From Candidatus Micrarchaeota archaeon (GTDB taxonomy: Archaea > Micrarchaeota > Micrarchaeia > Micrarchaeales > CABMGC01): a stretch of 64,000 nt of DNA. Shown here piece after piece: positions 38,312 to 46,659 of this stretch. The DNA lies in the NCBI GenBank assembly GCA_021797995.1, contig JAJZYR010000001.1, positions 6,114-70,113 of the forward strand, in the 5' to 3' direction. The notes below the pieces were generated by a model. That model was not told the origin of the DNA, did not search any database, and was given only the letters and a program-made list of their open reading frames with translations. The position numbers and the translations under genes were made by a program. Position 1 is the stretch's first letter. Each line of letters begins with the position of its first letter.

Positions 38312-39061
38312 CTATAGGCCTTCCTGCGGCTCCTTTGAGGCTATGCCGTTGGGCGTTATCTCAAACTGCACAGGAGTTTCCTTAAAATCAGTGTATCGCA
38401 TCTTCACAATCGTAGCCCTGTGCTTCACCTTCCCATCCTCATTGCGCTTGCCGAGCTTTATTATTCCGTCGAACATCGCCTCGTCGTAGAGCCCCGCAAC
38501 CCTCCCTCCCGACCTTGACGAGGTTTCACTTACTATTATGCTTGTAACGCCCTTTCCCCTCAGGTAATCGGTTATCAGGGCAAGCGCCTTTGTAAAGGCC
38601 CTGTCGTCGTTCAGGTTTGCGCGTATCATCCCGAGCGAATCTATGAACATCAGATTTGCACCCTTTGCCTTTATCGCGTTCTCGAGTATGACGAGGAACC
38701 TCTCTATCACATCGCTCGATTTTATGGCTATGATTATCTCCCGCTGCACTATGAAGAAGTTGCCTGACTCAACAAGCGCGTCGACGTCGCTGAACGCAGG
38801 GAATACTGTCTTCATATCCTTTATCAGAAACTCCTTTGACTCATCTATTGCAAGATAGACTATAGGGTTTCCAGACTTTGCGTTTGTGTATGCTGTGGTA
38901 AGCGCCAGCAGCGTCTTGCCAGTGCCGGTATCTCCTATTACAAGGACCTGGCTTCCCTGCGGTATGCCTCCCTTGAGCACATTGTCTATCCCTGCGACGC
39001 CAGTGCCGATTCTAGTTATCTTACCAGAAGCTTCCGACATATGCATCGCCTGATCTAACAT
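38312..39061 (-). CDS. KaiC-like (RAD55) single-domain ATPase
   Basis: RIGTGVAGIDxVLxGGIP, Walker A GDTGTGKT, FIDS, DGII, KMR. Confidence 0.9.
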   Translation of the reverse strand: MLDQAMHMSEASGKITRIGTGVAGIDNVLKGGIPQGSQVLVIGDTGTGKTLLALTTAYTNAKSGNPIVYLAIDESKEFLIKDMKTVFPAFSDVDALVESGNFFIVQREIIIAIKSSDVIERFLVILENAIKAKGANLMFIDSLGMIRANLNDDRAFTKALALITDYLRGKGVTSIIVSETSSRSGGRVAGLYDEAMFDGIIKLGKRNEDGKVKHRATIVKMRYTDFKETPVQFEITPNGIASKEPQEGL

Positions 39062-39190
39062 AACCCCAACTTACTTAAAAAGGCTTTCGGACTGTATTAC
39101 CGCGACTTGAATTCCGCCTGAACATGAATATGCGGGGATAACGGATAGGAACTATAATACCGGACTATAGGATGCTTTTCAGTGTTGAGT

Positions 39191-39958
39191 CTACAGGAGA
39201 CGGAGAAATCCTGCCCATGGATCCGCATCCCCGCTTAATATGATGTCGAATCCCTTATAACCGGACAGACCTGGCTTTGGATTTATGCCGACCCTTAGGC
39301 TAGCCTTTTTGGCTATTGGCAGATCGTCTGTGCTATCGAAGAAGCAGGCAAACTTGCCTTCGGCATGCCGCTGCTCCACCAATCTTGATAGCATCCTCTC
39401 TTTCATTTGTTGCGGATCTTCTATCGGCATGTCGGTCTTACCAGAAAATCTTTCGCCAGATCCTGCGCTTTCCGACAGGTATCCAACTGAAAAGGCCTTG
39501 GCCAGACCAAGGTGCTCCTGCGCTATCTCGGCCACAAAGTCTGCCGTAAGCGAGATCAGATAAGCGCGAATGCCGTACTTTTCCTTCAGTTCCCGGATTA
39601 CGGCGCCAGCTGATTTATAAGAATTTGATATCAGCTTTCTGGACATTGAGATAAATTCTCCTCTGTCCTCGTTCTTTAATAGGCTGACATATCCGGTGTA
39701 CGCGCTCTTGAAGTCCCCTCCTTTATAAATCGTTGCGATATTTTTGAGCTTCTCTAATTTGTCTCTGTACGCGCTTTCGCCATTATGTTCCAGAAAGACT
39801 TTCCGTGTTAAGTCAAATATAAAGAGCCCTGGATATAGCGTTCCGTCAAAATCGAAGACGGCGTAATCCATTGTTGCAAGGGCTTCCAAGAAGCTGCCAT
39901 AGTTACTTCCTTGCGTGAAGATAATTGAACCCCTTTCCGGTTCCTCTGCGCCCCTCAT
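39191..39958 (-). CDS. HAD-superfamily phosphatase (PSP/IB-like)
   Basis: Motif I FDFDGTL, motif II LISLT, motif IV DSTDD; ATGA overlap with upstream gene. Confidence 0.85.
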   Translation of the reverse strand: MRGAEEPERGSIIFTQGSNYGSFLEALATMDYAVFDFDGTLYPGLFIFDLTRKVFLEHNGESAYRDKLEKLKNIATIYKGGDFKSAYTGYVSLLKNEDRGEFISMSRKLISNSYKSAGAVIRELKEKYGIRAYLISLTADFVAEIAQEHLGLAKAFSVGYLSESAGSGERFSGKTDMPIEDPQQMKERMLSRLVEQRHAEGKFACFFDSTDDLPIAKKASLRVGINPKPGLSGYKGFDIILSGDADPWAGFLRLL

Positions 39959-40734
39959 AGGAATTTCCTGCCAGGATACTCTTTTGCAGCAGCATACATG
40001 CCGTCTAGTTCTTTAAATCCGCCATCCTGCTCTAATCGGTTTCCTACGTGTATGGCATCGGCTCCGGCTGCAAATAATGCTTTGGCATTGGCTACCGTAT
40101 TAATTCCGCTGGTGGGGATTACAAAGAGTTGCGTATGTTCCGCAAGCCTTTCTATATGCGATGTTGGAGGCGGACTGGCGCTGCCTGACCCGCCAGCCAT
40201 GACATAGAATCTTATGCCCAGGAACTGGGCCGCTTTGGCTACGGCAAGACTGAGTTCTGGCTTGTCCTTTGGTATGGGATTGCTCCTAGTAATCCAATTC
40301 GCCGTGCCTACTGAGCCCCTATCGTCAAACACATATACAGTGGGGAGAGCCTCCAATTCATTCTTCTCCATCTGCATCGAATTTGAGATAAGACCGTCCC
40401 AGTTGTAAAGCGTATTGAGGGCGTTTGGCACCTGCATCCAGTACGCGGCTGTTCTTCCGGCCTTCCCTTTTATGGCATTTATATTTGCAGTCAGATACAG
40501 CAGGACCAGGAAATCGTAGTCATTTACCGCCATATCCAGCAATCTCTGTGTATTAACAGCGTCTATGGTGCTGCCGCCCACTGCAATTAGCTTTATTCCT
40601 ATGTCTTTAACCTGCCTGAACCATTTGTTGCCTTGCTCTACCGTATTCTTATCGGGATCCAATTGCGGTATAACAAGAGGGTGCTCCTCCCTCAACTCGT
40701 ATATCACCTTCTCTACTTTACCTATCTGGAGCAT
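39955..40734 (-). CDS. Divergent geranylgeranylglyceryl-phosphate synthase (GGGPS/PcrB)-like prenyltransferase
   Basis: GKVE, LDPDK, VGGST, PIPKDKP, AAQFLG, GSG, AGADAIHVGN; lacks canonical YLEAGSG and GGGIR. Confidence 0.85.
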   Translation of the reverse strand: MLQIGKVEKVIYELREEHPLVIPQLDPDKNTVEQGNKWFRQVKDIGIKLIAVGGSTIDAVNTQRLLDMAVNDYDFLVLLYLTANINAIKGKAGRTAAYWMQVPNALNTLYNWDGLISNSMQMEKNELEALPTVYVFDDRGSVGTANWITRSNPIPKDKPELSLAVAKAAQFLGIRFYVMAGGSGSASPPPTSHIERLAEHTQLFVIPTSGINTVANAKALFAAGADAIHVGNRLEQDGGFKELDGMYAAAKEYPGRKFL

Positions 40735-40741
40735 TATGCCA

Positions 40742-41881
40742 TCATTCCTCGAAGATCAAAGCCAAATGATTATTATGCATGTCTGCCTGCGGCTTATTAA
40801 GTTTAACCTCACGCTTGTATATCTTGGAGAATATGCCGCCCAAGAGGCCCCTTATGATAAGGAAGTCGATGTCCTTGTACCATTTCGTCCAGGGGAAATG
40901 GTTTATAACAATCTGGATTTTATTCATTGGCGCAGGGATGAGTATAACCTCGCCCCACCCCAGCGCTGTCATTAGTTCTACTGTGGATTTCGCGTCGTTG
41001 CCTAGACCTTCGAACAGATTCTGGCCTATCGAATATGCGATGCTGAATATCTTTCCATCCATCCCATTTTCTTTTAGCCCAAGCTCCAGGAGATAGAGTC
41101 CGCTTGCCTCCATGAGGAAAAATCTTTCGTTGCCTGACCTGAGCTTGATTATGCCGCCTTCATAATTGAATATCTTTGCGTCTAGATAGCTGCTGAATGA
41201 CTTGTCGTATCTTACCTTTACCTCCTGGTTGAACAGGTTATACTGCTTCACCTCCTGCTGCAGACCATCCAAGTTGGTTTCCCTGAATACCTTATCTTTA
41301 GACGACTTAAGATTATCGAACGTGGAGCAAGTAACATTGCAAATGTACTTATTGTCAACTACTTTGCTGTTTGAGTAATATCCTTCTATGGTCTTATCTT
41401 GCAATAGCCATGCAATAACACCTGCCGCGCCACCCGTAGCAAGGAAGAAGTCGTAGCCGAGCTTTCTGCATATGACGAAATTCTTTAGCGTGTAATTGAC
41501 CGTCTTGCTGCTTAGGTCTATTTCCTGCCGTATCTCACTTGCATAAGTGCCTTCAACGAACTTGCTGGCTATTATGATCCAGTCTTTTATGCCATTACCT
41601 GGATGGTCCTTAATATTCTCAAATCTGCCAAGCTGGGAAAAGCTATATCCGAATTTCTTGCCTATGGAATAAATAGCACTTCTTCCTGCATCCCCGTACT
41701 CTTCGATTATGTCCTTCTCGAGCTGGATAAAGAATCCCTCAGGCACGAGCACCTGTCTGGCAAATACGTTTGTTTTACCTGAGATCTTAAAGTCCACAAA
41801 CCCTGGCTTATCAAGGATCAGGGCCTTCGGGATAACAAACCGCCTTATATAAAGCCTGACAAGATTATCTTTAATGTCCAT
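40742..41881 (-). CDS. Protein with two tandem V4R (4-vinyl reductase/H-NOX-like) domains
   Basis: EEYGDAGRSAIYSIGKKFG...GGAAGVIAW and ERFFLM...IAYSIG...ALGWGEV...RGLLGGIFS. Confidence 0.65.
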   Translation of the reverse strand: MDIKDNLVRLYIRRFVIPKALILDKPGFVDFKISGKTNVFARQVLVPEGFFIQLEKDIIEEYGDAGRSAIYSIGKKFGYSFSQLGRFENIKDHPGNGIKDWIIIASKFVEGTYASEIRQEIDLSSKTVNYTLKNFVICRKLGYDFFLATGGAAGVIAWLLQDKTIEGYYSNSKVVDNKYICNVTCSTFDNLKSSKDKVFRETNLDGLQQEVKQYNLFNQEVKVRYDKSFSSYLDAKIFNYEGGIIKLRSGNERFFLMEASGLYLLELGLKENGMDGKIFSIAYSIGQNLFEGLGNDAKSTVELMTALGWGEVILIPAPMNKIQIVINHFPWTKWYKDIDFLIIRGLLGGIFSKIYKREVKLNKPQADMHNNHLALIFEE

Positions 41882-41889
41882 TCGACCGC

Positions 41890-42645
41890 CTATAGCAGGC
41901 TTATCCCATTTTGATCAATGTCATAAGACTTTGCTCCTCCATCGATTTTTGTACTTCTCATCTTCTTTATCTCAAGCGTCCTGCTTAGGGTGTCCCCGAC
42001 AGTCATGGCCGTAAGATTCACCAAACCGTCACATACGTACTCGCTTACGCCATCTACCGTGGCTTGGCTGTTCTGGCCACCGCCGGATGCCTCATCCGTA
42101 ATAATAATGTTAGTGGTGCCGAACTTTGAGAGATGGTTTATTGTCAGGTAGGTAATCCGCTGCTTTGAATCGCCTGTATAGAACAGGTTCTGGTCCACTA
42201 TGTTCGACGAGCTCAGAACCCTGACGATATCCTCATCGTATACAAGGGGCACCTCAAACTGGTCTATGTTTATCGCAAACGCGGCGAGGCTGTCAAAGAC
42301 CATGCGCTCGGCCTTGATCCTCTTGACTTCTTCCGATATGCTGTCGAAGAGCTTTACTTTCTTTCTGTCCAGGGGCACCTTTACTATTGCAAGCTTATCT
42401 TCTTTTTCAAGCTTCGCTATATCCCATCCGAACTGTCTTCCCTGTTCCCTGAAGATATCATCTGCCATGTCGAGCGAGACGTAGACTCCAGGATGTCCCT
42501 CGATGGCCCCTTTGTAAAGATACTCCATCCCGAAGATGGTTTTGCCCGTTCCTGGAAGGCCGGAAACCAGGATGTTAAAGCCTTTCGGGAATCCTCCCTC
42601 AATTAGCTTGTCAAAGCCCTTTATTCCTGTACTTACCCTCTCTAT
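41890..42645 (-). CDS. KaiC-like (RAD55) single-domain ATPase; apparent non-canonical (ATA or CTG) start
   Basis: Frame extends upstream of the ORF-track Met: IERVSTGIKGFDKLIEGGFPKG...GLPGTGKT; VFDS, EYVCDG, KKMRST. Confidence 0.9.
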   Translation of the reverse strand: MERVSTGIKGFDKLIEGGFPKGFNILVSGLPGTGKTIFGMEYLYKGAIEGHPGVYVSLDMADDIFREQGRQFGWDIAKLEKEDKLAIVKVPLDRKKVKLFDSISEEVKRIKAERMVFDSLAAFAINIDQFEVPLVYDEDIVRVLSSSNIVDQNLFYTGDSKQRITYLTINHLSKFGTTNIIITDEASGGGQNSQATVDGVSEYVCDGLVNLTAMTVGDTLSRTLEIKKMRSTKIDGGAKSYDIDQNGISLL

Positions 42646-42872
42646 GCGAACACCCAGCTACTAATAAGAGGTGATGATTTAAATACATGACCTCAATATT
42701 CGTGCGGCGGGTTCTGGAGATGCAGCAATTAGATTGCCGGTGGGCGCTCCAATCGCTGACGCTGACTTCCGCCTGCACCGTAGCGCATGGATAGACAGAC
42801 TAGGCTGCGGCCGTGCTGCCTGCCGCTCGTGGAAACGATGCCAGGCGCCCTGCAGGCATGGCACCTCACCCA

Positions 42873-45800
42873 TCATGACCTGCACAGGGGCGATGCTGTC
42901 ATCCACTTGCAGTTCGTCGCCACAGGCCCTAGGCATGCATTTCCGCCTGTATCAAGGTTGCCGCTGCTTACATTGACAGAGCCTCCGGAACACAGTATCC
43001 CTTCCTTTGAAAATCCTGAAAACCTGTTGTTTCCTATAATGGCCTGGTCTGCGCCTATCATGTACATCCCCACCGCCCCCCCGGTAGCGTTAGTCATGTT
43101 AACCGCCATGTTCGAACCGCCGATTATCGAAAGGCTGACATTCACATCTGCAAAGGTATTGTTTCTTATACTGCCAAACGTGGAACCTTGCGCATATACC
43201 CCATATGATGCGTTCTCCACCCTGTTGTTTGCCACGGTTGCATACTTGGCGTTGGAGAGCGTTATGGAGGCATTGGCGCTACCCACTGTGTTATTTATGA
43301 TCTCTGTGTACGAGCCCCCAGATATTATGGGAGTCGTAAAGTTCTTTATGTAGCAGTTCTCGATCCTGACGTTGGAAGCGTTTATGTCCCTGACAAAGGT
43401 TCCGCCTTTGCTTGCAAAGATCGTATGTCCATTGCAGTTTATCACTGTGCCATTTGCCGAGCTCGTCGCAGTCACTGTTATGGTATTCGAGGTCCTGTTA
43501 AGAGTCCGGCCCTGGGTATTGTATACCGTGTAGCATGTCTGTCCGTAAGGATAGTATATATCGGAGGACATCGAGACAAGGGTGGTGCCGCTTATCGCCA
43601 TGCACTGCGACTGCAACTGCACCGGCGGTATCTCGACGAGCCATCTGCAGTCGACCTTGCTGACTCCGTTGTTTACGCCGCCCTGCTGCGCATACAGGCC
43701 TGAGGAGTCGGCAGAGCAGTAATAATCTCCCTTTGCGTTGTCCGAAGCCGTGTTGTTCGAGATCCTGTTATTTATGGAATTGACAAACGAGAAGCCATGG
43801 CCTCCGCTTCCTATCGCATTGTTTGACAGTATGGCATCCCCGCTCGAATTGTTGAATGAATAGCCTACCTTCCCATCAACCGTGGCATTGACTGACGTTC
43901 CGGTTACCGTTGAGTTGTCGAGGCTGTTAAAAGCGAAGCCCGCGGCAACAGGATCAAGCACCCTTATTCCTGAGAATTTTGCGTAAATAGCGTTGTAGAT
44001 AGACAGGCCTGTGGCCGACGCATTGACGTTTATACCGTTTATACTTAGATATGCCGTATTGGTAAAGTTCATGCCTAAGCCGAAATTCTGTATGTTGCAT
44101 CCGCTGATAGTGTCGTTTGACACCCCGTCGCCCATGAATGCGCTTCCGCTTCCCGTATTTATAATCAGATAGTTGTTGCAGCTGAAGTCTACATTGTTAG
44201 CCGCTATCACAAAGCAGTTGCCTCCCTGCTTGTTCACGTTGCCGGTAAGCGAGTAGTTGCCAGGTTTCAAGATCGTTTCGCATGAGGTTACCGGAAGGAC
44301 GCTGAGGGGCGGAGGGGCCCTGACGCTGCATGCGGCCCAGCCGCAATCGCTGACGCCGCAGGTGTTGCCCGAGAAGAGGTTTGACTGCGCTTTGTAGGTG
44401 CCCACATTGCAGTAAAGGTCCTGGTTTGCATTGTTTTCAAGCCGGTCCTGCCTGTAGATATTCGAACCGCCGCTTGACGAGTATATTCCATATGTATTAT
44501 TGCTTACTGACAGGCTGCTGAACGTCATTCCAGTTGTCGCATTTATGTATATCCCGTATTTGCTTCCGGTCAGCACCGAATTGGATATCGCCCCTGTGGT
44601 CACATTGTTCAGCAGGATGCCCGTTACAGAACCAGAGAGCGTAATGCCTGTTACATTGAACTGGAAGACCCTTGCCGCGTTTATCCCTATCGTGTCATTC
44701 GAGAGGACGCAGTCAGACACGGTGATATTGTATAATCCAGAGGATTCCGGCGGGATGTTTATCCCGTATCCGGAATTACGTATCGAATTGCCATGGCAGT
44801 CCAGCTTCACGTCAGGAGCCGCAATGTTTATGCATGCTGCAGTTTTGGATGACGGAGCCGAGAGATTCAGGTAATCGCCAAGATTCAGGTTCTCCTGCAC
44901 CGCATACGTTCCGGGGGAGGTTATAGAACCGCACTGGCTTACCTGCTTCGAGAGCGTCACGGTGCTTATGTTTGTCGGTATATTGACATTCGAGCATTGC
45001 GCAAAGTTGCAGAACCTGTTTATGCTGCACTTCGAACTGGTGAAGTTGTTTGACGAGCGGAAGCCGGCACTGCCTGAGCAGACAAGGTCCACTGGATTGC
45101 CAATGAAGCTGTCCCCGGAAAACCTGTTCCCGGTAGAATTGACCACTACGCCATAGAATGCGTTGCCCTGGATATTGTCCTTCAGGATCCTGTCAGAGCC
45201 CCCTCCCTGCAGCGAGATGCCGCCCAGATTGCTTGCAATCCCGGAGATGTTGTCTCCGGCGATTAAGTTGTTTGCCGATGAGCTCAGGTAAATGCCTGAG
45301 ACCGTGCCGTTCATTGCGCTGCTGTTTGTCACAGAGGACTCGGTAGACCTGTTAAAGTAGATATCGAAAGAGAACTTTGAGACGTCAACTCCGGTCACGG
45401 TCACATTAGTGACCCCGTCAAGCCTTATCCCATAGGTATATGGGGGGGTAAGCACGTACGGACCGCTGCCATCGATCTTGTTGCCGTTCCCGACAAGCCT
45501 TACGTCGCTGCTCTTTATGTCTATGCAAGAGCCGTTGGAGATGCCGGTGTTTATGGTGCCTGTGATGAAGTATGTGCCGGGAGAGGTTATCACAGCACAC
45601 GAGGATATCTTGAAGACCTGCGTGGCAGGCACTGTGGTGGTTGCCACAGGCCCCGGATGGCCCTTGTTCAAGAATGCAAGGTAATAAGCTGCGATGGCTA
45701 TTGCTATGACTGCAACGGCAACCGCAATAAGCTTAACCTTCCTTCTCGACCTTATCTTGCTGTCTATATTTTCGATTATCTCTGGGTTGCCCGCGGATTC

Positions 45801-45956
45801 AGGCTGTGGGGCACTTATTATCCGAGGCGCCTGCTGCGGCTGGGCCGGGCTTGCAGGCGGCACCGGAGGCACCTCGACCGGCTGGGGGTTCCCTGGGGCT
45901 GCTGGGGTTCCTTCAGGCACCTGTGCCGATACCTTATAATTTTCGTACTTAGTCAT
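42873..45956 (-). CDS. Large membrane-anchored surface protein with four Cys-capped parallel beta-helix (NosD/CASH-like) modules
   Basis: Pro-rich N-terminus, TM helix, repeated CxxIxxPGxY...CIxIxxxxVxxxCxG and DLxC...CxWxxC motifs, Asn-rich coils. Confidence 0.85.
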   Translation of the reverse strand: MTKYENYKVSAQVPEGTPAAPGNPQPVEVPPVPPASPAQPQQAPRIISAPQPESAGNPEIIENIDSKIRSRRKVKLIAVAVAVIAIAIAAYYLAFLNKGHPGPVATTTVPATQVFKISSCAVITSPGTYFITGTINTGISNGSCIDIKSSDVRLVGNGNKIDGSGPYVLTPPYTYGIRLDGVTNVTVTGVDVSKFSFDIYFNRSTESSVTNSSAMNGTVSGIYLSSSANNLIAGDNISGIASNLGGISLQGGGSDRILKDNIQGNAFYGVVVNSTGNRFSGDSFIGNPVDLVCSGSAGFRSSNNFTSSKCSINRFCNFAQCSNVNIPTNISTVTLSKQVSQCGSITSPGTYAVQENLNLGDYLNLSAPSSKTAACINIAAPDVKLDCHGNSIRNSGYGINIPPESSGLYNITVSDCVLSNDTIGINAARVFQFNVTGITLSGSVTGILLNNVTTGAISNSVLTGSKYGIYINATTGMTFSSLSVSNNTYGIYSSSGGSNIYRQDRLENNANQDLYCNVGTYKAQSNLFSGNTCGVSDCGWAACSVRAPPPLSVLPVTSCETILKPGNYSLTGNVNKQGGNCFVIAANNVDFSCNNYLIINTGSGSAFMGDGVSNDTISGCNIQNFGLGMNFTNTAYLSINGINVNASATGLSIYNAIYAKFSGIRVLDPVAAGFAFNSLDNSTVTGTSVNATVDGKVGYSFNNSSGDAILSNNAIGSGGHGFSFVNSINNRISNNTASDNAKGDYYCSADSSGLYAQQGGVNNGVSKVDCRWLVEIPPVQLQSQCMAISGTTLVSMSSDIYYPYGQTCYTVYNTQGRTLNRTSNTITVTATSSANGTVINCNGHTIFASKGGTFVRDINASNVRIENCYIKNFTTPIISGGSYTEIINNTVGSANASITLSNAKYATVANNRVENASYGVYAQGSTFGSIRNNTFADVNVSLSIIGGSNMAVNMTNATGGAVGMYMIGADQAIIGNNRFSGFSKEGILCSGGSVNVSSGNLDTGGNACLGPVATNCKWMTASPLCRS

Positions 45957-46135
45957 TCAAGCAGCCGTTTATGCATTCGTCTGTCCCCAAAGCACCCTTC
46001 TCTCATCTCTGACCTGCTATTGAAATGGTGGGTTTGCATGTCGGATCATTCATCAAGAGTGCTAGTGTCCTATCTAGATTACACTGCACATTATTAAGCC
46101 TTTTTAAGGTTTGATATATTACCTGTGAATCCACA

Positions 46136-46410
46136 GAAAGCCCACCTCCTTCAGAGGTGGGATGAATGTGGTTAGTTAGACACACGATATTGGATATAGT
46201 ATATAAATAAGATTTGATATATATAGACAATGGGATAAGGTATGATTCTAACCTTCAAGATCAAACATGACAGGGATTTCTCGTTAGAGTTGGGAAAAGC
46301 AAAAAAGATTGCAGAGTTCGTTCTGTCGCACAAGACTCGTTCCTCGAAAGATGTTAAACAATTTGGTTTGAAGTCTGCTATTGCAAATCAGATTCTTAGA
46401 AAGTATGGGA
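46136..46410 (+). mobile_element. tnpB: Truncated IS200/IS605-family (IS1341-like) element: left end plus tnpB 5' fragment
   Basis: Hairpin CCCACCTC-CTTCA-GAGGTGGG, TATA-like atataaat, ORF from 46242 MILTFKIKHDRDFS...GLKSAIANQILRKYG resembling archaeal TnpB N-termini. Confidence 0.75.
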
Positions 46411-46440
46411 ATTCGTGGGAGGATGTCAGTATTTATACAT

Positions 46441-46512
46441 GCCTCTGTAGCTCAGTGGTAGAGCGACTGCTTCGTAAGCAGTAAGTCGAGGGTTCGATCC
46501 CCTTCAGAGGCT
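46441..46512 (+). tRNA. tRNA-Thr (CGU), no intron, CCA not encoded
   Basis: Acceptor GCCTCTG/CAGAGGC, anticodon arm ACTGC-TTCGTAA-GCAGT, T-loop TTCGATC. Confidence 0.95.
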
Positions 46513-46659
46513 TTCTGTGGTGCATCTGCAAGTCGGGGCTCTCTGAGCCACTGCCTGAAGCAGAGTCTTGGACTTGCAGTCATCTGGACAGGCAGGCAGG
46601 ACGCATTCTTACGCTATCAGGATGCATGCCAGGTCAGTTATGGAATATGCACGTAAAGG

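Noticed and set aside
38312..42645. A bona fide KaiABC circadian clock
   Set aside because: Both ATPases are single-domain, and no kaiA or kaiB is present in the window.
46411..46484. C-terminal part of the 46242-46484 ORF
   Set aside because: It reads through unrelated sequence into tRNA-Thr; TnpB similarity ends near 46410.
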